A stretch of 64,000 nt of DNA from Planctomycetota bacterium (lineage in GTDB: Bacteria; Planctomycetota; B15-G4; SIAN01), in NCBI GenBank assembly GCA_031409275.1, contig JANNXA010000034.1:128001-192000 (forward strand). Direction: 5' to 3'. Below the pieces are notes generated by a model, which searched no databases, was not told where the DNA came from, and saw only the letters and a program-made list of their open reading frames with translations. Below are positions 29,800-39,600 of this stretch, piece after piece; position 1 is the stretch's first letter; each line of letters starts with the position of its first letter. The position numbers and the translations under genes were made by a program.

Positions 29800-30719
29800 G
29801 CGTGCCGATCGGAGCTGGCTCGCGCGCGGTCCTGCAGCGAGGCGAGCGAATCCTCGATCACGACCCGCTGCGGATCGAGCGGCAATCGGGCGTCGCGCAG
29901 CTGGCCGCTGACGCGTCCACCGATCACCAGCAACGTGCGCTCTTCCGCGAGCGCCGCGGCAAGCTCCTCGACGTAGGAGCGCGCCGCGCCGCGCGGCTCG
30001 TCGGAGGAGATCGAGATCCAGACCATCGCCGGTTGCCAGCGCTTCGTCGCCGCGACGACGGCGGCGACGGGCAAGCGTGCCCCGAGGTTGATCGTGCGCC
30101 AGCCCGCCTGCTGCAGCGTCATCGACGCCAGTTGGCTCGGGATCTGGTAGGGATCCCATTCGGGCGACCCGCCGATCGCCAGCGGCCCATCGCTCACCGG
30201 CAGCAGTCGAGTGATCTCGTGCAGCGCATGCAGGCACGCTTCCGTCGCCGCGTGCTCGATGACGATCCCGTCCGGTCCGTGGTGCCACAGCTCGCCGAGG
30301 TGCTCGAGCGCCGGTTGCAGGACGTCGCGCGCGAGCGTGACGAGCTCCACCCCATCGACGAAGGCATGCAGCAGCACGGCGTGCGCTTCCGCGAGCTGCC
30401 CGTCGACGAGGAAGCGGGCGAGCGTTCGCGCGTGTTCATGAGTCGGGAGCCGGGCGAGCTGTCGACCGCGTGCCGGCAGGCCGAGCAGTTCCGGACGTAC
30501 GACTTCGTGGTGCTGTTTCTGGATGAAACGAATCGCTTCCGGCAGACGGATGCGGCGATGGCCGCCGCTCGTGCGAACGAGCTTCAGCTGTCCGGAGTCG
30601 GCCCACCGCTTCACCGATGATTCGGAAACGCCGATCGCCGCGCCGAGGTCGCGCGGGCTCAGGAAGACCGGCAGGGAGGTCATCGAACCAGGAGGGGAGG
30701 ACGGTGAGGGATCGACCAT
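29796..30719 (-). CDS. MerR/excisionase-HTH regulator with B12-binding-like domains (CarH/LitR-like)
   Basis: SPRDLGAAIGVSESSVKRWADSG...TSGGHRR. W-x9-EH motif (WHHGPDGIVIEH). Rossmann part GWRTINLGARLP. Alternative start 30683. Confidence 0.85.
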   Translation of the reverse strand: MVDPSPSSPPGSMTSLPVFLSPRDLGAAIGVSESSVKRWADSGQLKLVRTSGGHRRIRLPEAIRFIQKQHHEVVRPELLGLPARGRQLARLPTHEHARTLARFLVDGQLAEAHAVLLHAFVDGVELVTLARDVLQPALEHLGELWHHGPDGIVIEHAATEACLHALHEITRLLPVSDGPLAIGGSPEWDPYQIPSQLASMTLQQAGWRTINLGARLPVAAVVAATKRWQPAMVWISISSDEPRGAARSYVEELAAALAEERTLLVIGGRVSGQLRDARLPLDPQRVVIEDSLASLQDRARASSDRHA

Positions 30720-31066
30720 GGATCTTCTCGGCGGGAGGAGCTGCGCGCGGGTTTCCGGGACGTGTCGGAATCTGAACGATTTGGTTGTTTTATAGGAGGA
30801 GTTGCTGTGCCGCCAGTGGGCAGGCGCGCGAAATCGTGAAGCGAAGTGATGACGATGACGAGGTCTCCCGCGCGCCACTCCGCGGCGGCGCTCGGCAGCC
30901 GCCGCCCGATCTTCAGCCCCTCGAACTCGGCAGGTGAGAGAGCGTCCGGAGTGGCGCCGGGCCGCCGCGTCTCCACCCCTGCAACCGTCGCGTGGATGTT
31001 TTTGGGGCCGCTACAGTCCGCACCTCACGACGCCGTGGTGCCGTTGGCGGCCAAGAGGAGGATGCG

Positions 31067-33172
31067 ATGGTCCAAGCCTGGTTCGCCGCGTTGCTGGCGG
31101 CTCCGTTCGTCACGCTGACGCCGGAGGTCCCGAAGGTCGGCGCCGACGTGCCTCCATTCCGGATGGCCGACCAGGATGGCCGCCTGATCAGCGCCGCGTC
31201 GCTGCAGGGCAAGCGCTATCTGCTGGCCTTCTATCCCAAGGATTTCACCCCTGGCTGAACCAAGGAGCTCTCGGACCTGCGGGACAGGTTCGCCGAGTTC
31301 AAGTCGCGCGGCGTGATGGTCTTCGGTGTGGCGCTCGATGGGGTCGAGTCGCATCGCAAGTTCTGCGACTCGCTTGCCTTGCCCTTCCAGCTCCTCACCG
31401 ACGAGGAGGGGCGCGCGTCGCGCGACTTCGGGGTCTTCCTCGAAGCGATGGGTGGCATCGCGCGTCGCACCATGTTCCTGGTCGGTGCCGGCGGCAAGCT
31501 CGACTACGTCGACGAGGCCTATGAACTGAAGAGCGACGCCGATTGGGAGGCGCTGCTCGCCGCGCTTGGGCCGCGGCCGGAAGTGCCAGGCGCGACCGCA
31601 CTCATCCCCGAGAAACTCGACGGCGAGGCAATCCGCAAGGATCTCCAGAAGCTGGCGTCGGACGAGTTCGAGGGGCGTGGCGTCGGCACGCGAGCCGAGC
31701 GGTTCACGGTCGACTACCTCGTCGAGCAGCTGACGGCGGCTGGCTTCGCGCCCGGCAACGGCCCGAGCTTCGTGCAGCAGGTGCCGCTGGTCAGCGTCCA
31801 GAAGGCGAAGTCGCCGCAACTCGAACTTGGCAAGGTGCCGCAGCGCTTTCTCGATGACTTCGTGGTGATGACGCGGCGGCAGAAGGAAGCGGCGCTGAAG
31901 GCCAGCGGCGAGCTCGTCTTCGTCGGCTACGGCTGCAGTGCGCCCGAGTTCCGTTGGGACGACTACGCCGGACTCGATGTGAAAGGCAAGGTCGTGGTCT
32001 GCCTGGTCAACGATCCGCCGCTCGCCGATGGCCGCTTCGGCGGCAAGGCGATGACCTACTACGGACGCTGGAACTACAAGTTCGAGGAGGCGGCGCGCCG
32101 TGGTGCCGCCGGTTGCCTGATCGTGCACGAGACCGAGCCGGCCGCCTATCCGTGGGAGGTCGTTCGCAACAGCTGGGGCGGCGAGCAGTTCGATTTCGCG
32201 CGCGCCGATGGCGGCGCTTCGCGCTGCGCCTTCGAAGGCTGGATCACGCGCGAGGCCGCGGTCGATCTCTTCCGTCGCAGCGGCGGTGGACTCGATTTCG
32301 ATGCGGTGCACGCCGCGGCCGGCCAGGACGGCTTCCGTCCGGTCGCGCTTGGCCTCGACGCCAGCGTCCAGATCGAGCAGAAGGTCGCACCGATCGTGTC
32401 GCGCAACGTGCTCGGCGTGCTGCCGGGCTGCGATCCGCGCCAGAGCGGCGAATTCGTGCTCTTCTGCGCGCACTGGGACCACTTCGGCATCGATCTGACC
32501 AAGGTCGGCGACCAGATCCTGAACGGAGCGGTCGACAACGCGAGCGGTTGCGCTGGCCTGCTGGAGCTGGCGCGCGCTCTGGGTCGTGCGCCGCGTCCAG
32601 GCCGCTCGGTGGCCGTGCTCTTCGTCACCGCCGAGGAGCGCGGTCTGCTCGGCTCGCAGTGGTACGCCGAACATCCGCTGATCCCGCTCGAGCGGACGCT
32701 CGCCGCGATCAACCTCGACGGGATCAACGTGTGGGGGCGCACGCGCGACCTCGCCGTCATCGGGATGGGGCAGTCCGATCTCGAAGAGCGGCTCGGCGCG
32801 GCGATCGTCGCGCAGGGGCGAACGCTTGTGGCCGACCCGGAGCCCGAGAAGGGCTCCTACTTCCGCTCCGACCAGCTGAGCTTCGCCAAGAAGGGCGTGC
32901 CGGCGCTCTATGTGAAGCAGGGCGTCGACTTCATCGGGCAAGGAGCCGAGTACGGCCTCGAGATCCGCCGCAGCTACACCGCAGAGCGTTATCACAAGCC
33001 GGGCGATGAGTTCGATCCGAGCTGGGTGTTCGATGGCGCAGTCGAGGACCTTTCGGCGCTCCTCTTCGTGGCGCGCGGCGTGTTGGCCAGCGAGCAGTGG
33101 CCGCAATGGAACGCAACCTCGGAGTTCAAGGCGCTGCGGCCGCAGGCGGGGCCCGCGGCAACCGGCCGCTGA
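31067..33172 (+). CDS. Predicted selenoprotein: BCP/PrxQ peroxiredoxin (Sec at TGA 31256-31258) fused to PA-domain M28 metallopeptidase, 701 aa
   Basis: ATG after AGAGGAGG. ORFs 30992-31258 and 31313-33172 share one frame with the TGA as the only stop. FYPKDFTPG*TKE...SHRKFC...FQLLTD...RRTMFLVG. M28 motifs AHWDH, NGAVDNASG, TAEERGLLGS, RSDQ, YHKPGDE. Confidence 0.85.
31265..31300 (+). promoter_or_regulatory. Bacterial SECIS-like hairpin
   Basis: GAGCUC-U-CGGACCUG-[CGGGA]-CAGGUUCG-CC-GAGUUC. Starts after a 6-nt spacer following the UGA. Apical loop lies 21 nt after the UGA with G at loop position 2. Confidence 0.75.
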
Positions 33173-33189
33173 GCGAAGGAGGAGATCCC

Positions 33190-33789
33190 GTGTTCGTCGT
33201 CATCGATTGCGAGACCACCGGCCTGCCGCGCTCGTGGAGCGCGCCGAAGAGCGATCTCTCCAACTGGCCGCGCGTGGTCCAGCTGGCATGGGCGAGCTTC
33301 GACGCGCAAGGCAAGGCGATGACGGCGCGCAGCCTTCTCGTGCGTCCCGACGGATTCACCATTCCCGCAGACGCCGTCCGCGTGCACGGCGTCTCGACCG
33401 AGCGCGCCCTGCGCGAAGGGTCACCGCTGGCCGAAGTGCTGTCGGCCTTCGCTGCGGCCATGAAGCCGGCGCGGTTCGTGGTGGCGCACAACCTCTCCTA
33501 CGACGAGTCGGTGCTCGGCGCCGAGTTCGCGCGCGCGCGCCGTCCCGATCCCTTCGAAGGCAAGCAGCGCCTCTGCACCATGAAGGCGTCGACCGAGCTA
33601 TGCGCGATCCCGGCCGAGAAGGGCTTCAAGTGGCCCAAGCTCCACGAACTCCACGCGAGGCTCTTCGGTCAGCCATCGGAGGAGCGGCACGAGGCGGCGT
33701 ACGACGTCGACGTGTGCGCCAGGTGCTTCTTCGAGCTCCGGCGCCTCGGCGTGGTCAAGACCGCGCGTGAGCAGAGCCTTTTCGGGTAG
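33190..33789 (+). CDS. DEDDh 3'-5' exonuclease (DnaQ-like)
   Basis: VIDCETTGLP, VVAHNLSYD, HEAAYDV. AAGGAGG RBS. Confidence 0.9.
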   Translation: MFVVIDCETTGLPRSWSAPKSDLSNWPRVVQLAWASFDAQGKAMTARSLLVRPDGFTIPADAVRVHGVSTERALREGSPLAEVLSAFAAAMKPARFVVAHNLSYDESVLGAEFARARRPDPFEGKQRLCTMKASTELCAIPAEKGFKWPKLHELHARLFGQPSEERHEAAYDVDVCARCFFELRRLGVVKTAREQSLFG

Positions 33790-33901
33790 CAGCGGCTCGG
33801 CGCACGATTTCATGGTCGGGAAAACGATCGGCGACTCGTCGGTAATGGAGCGGCGGCGCCGCGAGTGGCGCCGTCCTTCACAACCTCTTCAGGAGTGACG
33901 T

Positions 33902-34363
33902 ATGGACATGGAGATGCCCAAGCCCGGTCCCGCTCATCAGCAGCTCGCCAAGCTCGCCGGCCAGTGGACCGGCACCGAGACGATGCACCCGTCGCCGTGG
34001 GATCCGCAGGGCGGTCCCGCGACCGGCAAGGTGAACAACCGTGTCGCGCTCGACGGTTTCAACGTCATCCAGGATTACGAGCAGACGCGCGGCGGCGTCG
34101 TCACGTTCCGCGGCCACGGCGTCTTCTCCGTCGATTCGGAAAGCGGTCAGCCGACCCTGCACTGGTGGGATTCGATGGGCTGCACGGCGAGCCTCTTCAC
34201 CGGCGCCTGGAATGGCAACACCCTGGTGATGACCAGCCAGTCGCCGATGGGCCACTCGCGCTGCACCTTCGGCCTCGCCGGCGCTCGCTACACCTTCCTG
34301 ATGGAGATGTCGCAGGACGGGAAGCAGTGGGCGCCCGCAATGTCCGGCAGCTACACGAAGTAG
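33902..34363 (+). CDS. DUF1579-like protein
   Basis: PKPGPAHQQLAKLAGQWTG...WWDSMG...SQDGKQW. AGGAG RBS. Confidence 0.8.
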   Translation: MDMEMPKPGPAHQQLAKLAGQWTGTETMHPSPWDPQGGPATGKVNNRVALDGFNVIQDYEQTRGGVVTFRGHGVFSVDSESGQPTLHWWDSMGCTASLFTGAWNGNTLVMTSQSPMGHSRCTFGLAGARYTFLMEMSQDGKQWAPAMSGSYTK

Positions 34364-34438
34364 GAACCCGCGGTGGGGCGGCTCCAGCGGGGAGCCGCCG
34401 CCGCCTTGCCGCGCGAGCGAGGGCGACGATCCGCGGCC

Positions 34439-34979
34439 ATGGACCCCTTCCCGCGGAACGAGCTCTCGCGCGGTCAGTTCACGATCGGCGCCCTGAGCGG
34501 GCTGCTGACGACGAGCGTCCTCCAGACCCTGCGGGCGGCCGTCGACTTCGATCGCCTCACCAAGGAGGTCGCGTTCCCCGATTCGGGCGAGCGATCGGTG
34601 GGCTTCGACTTCCCCCAGCCCCGAGGGGCTCGCGCTCACGTTCGGGAAGCAGATCTTCGTGCTCGGGAAGGGGCGCTCGATCGTGCCGCACGGACACAAC
34701 AACATGGCCACCGCCTTCGATGTCCTGAAGGGCGAGTTCCATGGTCGTCATTTCGAGCGCGTCGAGGACATGGTGATCGAGCCGACGATCGACCGCAAGT
34801 TCGGTCCGGCCGAGGCGTCGACGATCAGCGACTACAAGGACAACGAACCTCTTCGTTGCGGCCGCAGCGATCCGAGCAACTTCCTCATCGGGTCGGACGG
34901 TCGAATCGCGTGGCGGGCACTCGGCTGCGACGAGACCGCCTTGCGCACGGCCCTCGAAAACGTCGTCAAGGCGAAGTGA
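34439..34979 (+). pseudogene. Frameshifted cupin-like gene remnant with a thioredoxin-like tail
   Basis: One frame reads ...DFDRLTKEVAFPDSGERSVGFDFPQP. After a +1 shift in CCCC (34619-34622) it continues EGLALTFGKQIFVLGKGRSIVPHGHNNMATAF...STISDYKDN, then an unrelated tail NFLIGSDGRIAWR. Confidence 0.6.
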
Positions 34980-35012
34980 AGTGCGCCGCGATCGACCCTT
35001 CGGTCGTCGCGT

Positions 35013-36695
35013 TCACTTCAGCTTCACGTAGTCGACGTACGCCACCATCATCTCGTCGCTGGTCTGCTCGCCGACGTGGACCCGCTGCGAGGGGTCGGGG
35101 TTGCGCGGGTTCGCGGCGGAGTTGTCGTAGGCGGCGTTGAGGACGAGCTCGTCGCCTGGTTCGAGGCGCAGCGGATCGCGCAACTCGTAGGTGTGCTGCC
35201 AGCCGAAGTCGTAGCGCGGCACGTCGAGCAGGATGCGCCGCGTGCCGTCGACTCGCGCAAGCTCGATGCGGAAGGCGTGGCCGCGCCAATGCATGTGAGG
35301 CATCAGTGCCGTGACCAGGATCGGCTCGCGGAACGGTTCGGTGCGCGTGAAGCGGGTGTCGGCTGCGAACGGCTCGAGCTCGACCTTCGGATTGGCGATC
35401 GTCCAGTTGGCGACTTCGCGCGTCACCGGAGCCCGCGCGAAGCGAAGCGCCATGCGCGTGCGATCGGTGGTCGCCTTGCCATTGGGCGTGTAGTGCAGTT
35501 GGAAGAGGAATCGCGTGCCACGTGCGACACGTTTGGCCATTCCGTCCGCGAGCTCGATCGGCCGTCCGCCCGGCGCGCTGCCGGCGAAAAGGAGGTTCGG
35601 GTTCAAGACGCGCTGGTTCAGGCCGGGCGGCAGCAGGAAGACGCCGATGTGGTGGGTCACCTCCCGATTGCCGGGTCGCACCTCGATCGCCTGCACCAGG
35701 CGATCCTCGGTGAAGTGCGGGTCGACTGGCACGTAGCGGTAGGGGACGACCCCCTCCGCCGGGATCGGCTGCGGCGCGGGCAGCTCGACGACGACGTCGG
35801 GCGTGCCGATCGACCACTCGGCGCTGTCGAAGCGCGGTGCCGGTGGCGCGTCGCTCGCGTCGCCCAGCGCGGCGCCGCTCGCATTCCAGTCGTGCAGCGT
35901 CCGCTTCTCCGTGTCGGTGAGGCTGCGCTCGTTCGTGAAGTGCCCGTAACGCGGATCGGCATGCCATGGCGGCATGCGGCCATCGGCGACCACCTCGGCG
36001 ATCTGCGGCGCCCAACCTCGCGTCTCCGCGCCATCGAGGAAGCTCATCGGCCCGATGTCGCCAGGATGGTGGCACTCGACGCAGCGCGTCCACAGGATCG
36101 GCGCGACGTCGCGGAAGAACGTCGGTGCGGCGGGCGCGGCGGGGCGCAGCTTCGTCAACGCGACACCCGCCGACGTGCCGTCGTCGTCGGACGCAGCGGA
36201 GCTGGCGATCGGCTGCGCCACCAACACCGCCGCGATCGCATCGGCCAGCGGTTGCGCGCTGGCGAGGTCGAATCGCGCGAGCTCGACGAACTCGCGGTCG
36301 AGCAGCAGCGCGGTCGCGGTCGTCGTCACTCCAAGCCGCTCGCACACCGCCTGCAGCGGATCGCGCAGCAGCGGGAAGTCGAGCTTCGCAGAGTGCGCGA
36401 AGGCCTGCAGCTCCAGCGCGTCGTCCGCCGCCGCCGGATCGATCGCGAGGAAGCGCACGCCGCGCGGCGCCTGCGCGCGCGCAAGCTCGCCCATCGTCGG
36501 TGCCAGCGTTCGCGTCGCCGCGCAATCGAGCGCCGCGATCCACAGCACCGTGCAGCGGCGCGCCGCGTCCTCGGCGACGAGATGGACGCGCTGGCCATCG
36601 CTCGCTTCGAGCAGGAAGTCGCTCAGCGGTCGCGCGTCGGGGGCGGCGAGCGACAGCGTGCCCAGCGCGAGGAGCGCAGCCAGCGGACGTTTCAT
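35013..36695 (-). CDS. Redoxin-like + c-type heme + copper monooxygenase (PHM/DBH-like) fusion protein
   Basis: Signal peptide, AhpC/TSA-like domain, CVECH, MPPW. Cu ligands THH, QLHY, PHMH, DEMM. Confidence 0.85.
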   Translation of the reverse strand: MKRPLAALLALGTLSLAAPDARPLSDFLLEASDGQRVHLVAEDAARRCTVLWIAALDCAATRTLAPTMGELARAQAPRGVRFLAIDPAAADDALELQAFAHSAKLDFPLLRDPLQAVCERLGVTTTATALLLDREFVELARFDLASAQPLADAIAAVLVAQPIASSAASDDDGTSAGVALTKLRPAAPAAPTFFRDVAPILWTRCVECHHPGDIGPMSFLDGAETRGWAPQIAEVVADGRMPPWHADPRYGHFTNERSLTDTEKRTLHDWNASGAALGDASDAPPAPRFDSAEWSIGTPDVVVELPAPQPIPAEGVVPYRYVPVDPHFTEDRLVQAIEVRPGNREVTHHIGVFLLPPGLNQRVLNPNLLFAGSAPGGRPIELADGMAKRVARGTRFLFQLHYTPNGKATTDRTRMALRFARAPVTREVANWTIANPKVELEPFAADTRFTRTEPFREPILVTALMPHMHWRGHAFRIELARVDGTRRILLDVPRYDFGWQHTYELRDPLRLEPGDELVLNAAYDNSAANPRNPDPSQRVHVGEQTSDEMMVAYVDYVKLK

Positions 36696-36699
36696 CGCG

Positions 36700-39600
36700 T
36701 CACTTCGCTTCCCATTGCAGGCGCGGTCGCGGCCGAGCTTCGGGCAGTTGCTGCGCCATGGTGCGCGCATCGAAGAGTCGGCCGTTCGCACAGGTGAGCT
36801 CGATCGAATCGCTGTTTTCGAGCCGCTCGAGCGGGTTCTTTGCCATCACCACGAAGTCGGCGAGCTTGCCCTGGTCGAGCGAGCCGAGCTCTCCGTCGAG
36901 GCCGAGGTACCAGGCGCCGTAGTGGGTCGCGCAGCGGATCGCCTCCAGCGGCGAAAGACCGCCCTGCCCCAGCATCCACAGCTCCCAGTGGGCGCCGAGG
37001 CCCTGCAGCTGGCCGTGCGCGCCGAGCTGCAGATGGCCGCCGGCGCGCAGGATCTTCGCGCACGCCTGGGCGACCTTGACGTGCTGGAAGTCGTCATCGA
37101 ACGCGAAGACGTCGCGTCGGCGCGACTTCGCCTCGAGCCAGCCGGGCGGCGAGAGCGAGAGGAGCGGCTGCTTCTCGAAGACGCGGTCGTGCTGGTACCA
37201 CCAGTACTCGCCGTTCAGGCCGCCGTAGGTGACGATCAGCGTCGGCGTGATGCCGGTGCCCGATTGGCCGAAGAGGTTGGCGACGTCGGCGTAGATCGGA
37301 GCCACCGGCAGGTTGTGCTCGACGCCAGTGTGGCCGTCGAGGCACATGGTGAGGTTGTGCGCCAGCAGCGAGCCGCCCTCGGGCACCACCAGCATCTGCT
37401 CTTCGCGAGCGGCCGCGACGACCCACTGGCGCTGGTTGCGACGCGGCTGGTTGTAGCTCTTCACGCTGAAGGCGCCGACCGCCTTCAGCCGCTTCAAGTG
37501 GTGGCGCGCGTCGTCGAGCGAGTCGATCTCCGCCTTGTTCGGGTTCTTCGCGCCATAGAGGATGAATCCGGTCGAGTCGACGCGCGGGCCGACCATGCGA
37601 CCACTCTTGACGAGCTCTGATTGCGCGAAGACGAGCTCCGTCGGCGCCGAAGGATCGTGCGTCGTGGTGACGCCATAGGCGAGGTTGACCACGTATTCCC
37701 ACGGCTGCGTCGGCTGCACGTCGAGCGCGTTGTAGTGCAGGTGCGCGTGGACATCGATGATCCCCGGCATCACCGTCTTGCCGCGGCCGTCGACGACGGT
37801 CGTGCCGGCGGGGACCGTGGTGGTCGCGCTCGGACCGAGGCCGACGATGTGGTTGCCCTCGACGATCAGCGTTCCCTCCTCGATCACCTCGTCGCCGCGC
37901 ATCGTGATGAGGCGCGCGCCAACGAGGGCGAAGCGACCGCTCGGTGCGTCGCCCGGTGCGCTGGCGTCGAGCGCCACGAGGCTCGCATCGGGGCGCACCC
38001 CTTGCGCATTGAACTCGGCGGGCTTGTCGGCGGGCTTCGTCTCCGCGGGCGGTGTCGTCGCCGGCGGGATCGCGGCGGCGGCCTTCGCCGCTTCCGGTGC
38101 GAAGAGCGGCGCGACTTCCTGCACGGCGAACTGCGGCCCGAGCGCCCACGTGAGGTACTTGCTGTCGGCGCTCCAGGTCGGCCAGCTCCCGCCGATCTCG
38201 GTGAGCTTCTTCACGGGCATCGGGGCGCCGTTGCGGCCGATGGTCAGCGCGCGCCCGACGGCCGAAGGGAACGGCGCGACGTAGATTTGATGCTGCTCTT
38301 TCCAGGCGACCCACTTCAGGTCGGGTGAAGGTGCGATCTCCTCGGCATCCTCGTTGGTGGCGAGCGTCAGCTTCTCGCGTCCATCGAGCGTCGCGCGCAC
38401 CAGCACCGTGCCGGCGCCCCCATCCTCGAACCACATCAACTGCTGGCCATCGGGGGCGAAGAAGAGGCGCGGCATGCGCCGGTTGGTGCCGCGATTGCTG
38501 GTCGTCGTGAGTTCGTGCGGTGGAGCGCCGGCGCTGGCATCGACGACGAGCCACGCGATGCGCAGCGAATCTCCCGCGAGCGATTCACCGCGCGCCGTCG
38601 CATCGCTGCCGAGCAGGAATGCGATCTCGTTGCCAATCGGCGAGAACGCCGGATTGGCGATGATCCCCGGCTGCTCGTAGCGGACGCTCGGCGCGCCGCC
38701 GCCGTCGCTCGGCACCAGCCAGAGCTTCCCGCCGACGCCATTCTCGAAGGTCGTGAAGGCGAGCACGCGGCCGTCGGCCGAGAGCGCCGGCGCGTAGGCG
38801 AGCGCGCCAGGCGCGGTGGCGATCGCCGTCGCCGCACCGCCCGCGCGCGGCTGCTTCCAGATCTGTCCGAGCGCCTGGAACCAGATCGTCGCGCCGTCGG
38901 GCGACAGGAGCGGCCAGCGGATCATCTTCGCGTGGACGGTCGGCTCGAAGACGGGCCGCGCGAAACGCAGCGCTTCATGCACTTTGTGGGTGGTCTTCGC
39001 GTGGAAGGGAATCCACGTCGTGCGGCCGCTCGTCGCGCCCTCCGCGGCATCGATGCGCGCGAGCTTGCCGCCCGCCGTCACCACGATCGCCGAGCTGTCG
39101 GGCAGCCAGCAGTAGCCGGGAAAGGTGCCGTGCGTGGACCACGTCTCCATCGTGTCGTGGTCGAGCCCATCGAAGAGAAGGCGCTCGCGGCCCGATGCGA
39201 GGTCGCGCACGAAGAGCGCGGTCTTCAGTCCCGCGCGGCGTACCAGCGCCACCGACTTGCCGTCGGGGGACGGACGTGGCCGGCAGGCGCCGCCGCTGCC
39301 ATCGCTGAAGGGCTCGCGCTTGCCGTTGGCGCGATCGATGCGCGAAACCGCGTAGATCCCCTGGTAGGGGTTCTTGTTGTAGGCGAAGTCGCCGGCGTGG
39401 CTGAAGTAGAGCCAGCGCCCGTCCTTGCTGATGGCCGGCTCGTTCACGTCCGCGGTGTTCGAGCTCTTCTCGGTCAGCTGGACCCCGGCGCCGCCGCCGT
39501 TCGCCGCATACATCCAGACCTCGCCGGCGCCGAGCGACCGGGTGTCGGTGAAGTGCTTGCGCGCCAGGATCCACTCGCCGTCGGGCATCCACTCGGGGCA

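Noticed and set aside
30992..31258. Separate 88-aa ORF, or a nonsense-mutated peroxiredoxin pseudogene
   Set aside because: The stop falls exactly on the catalytic Cys codon, both flanks are intact and in frame, and a SECIS-like hairpin follows. Recoding is more parsimonious, though unproven without the sel genes.
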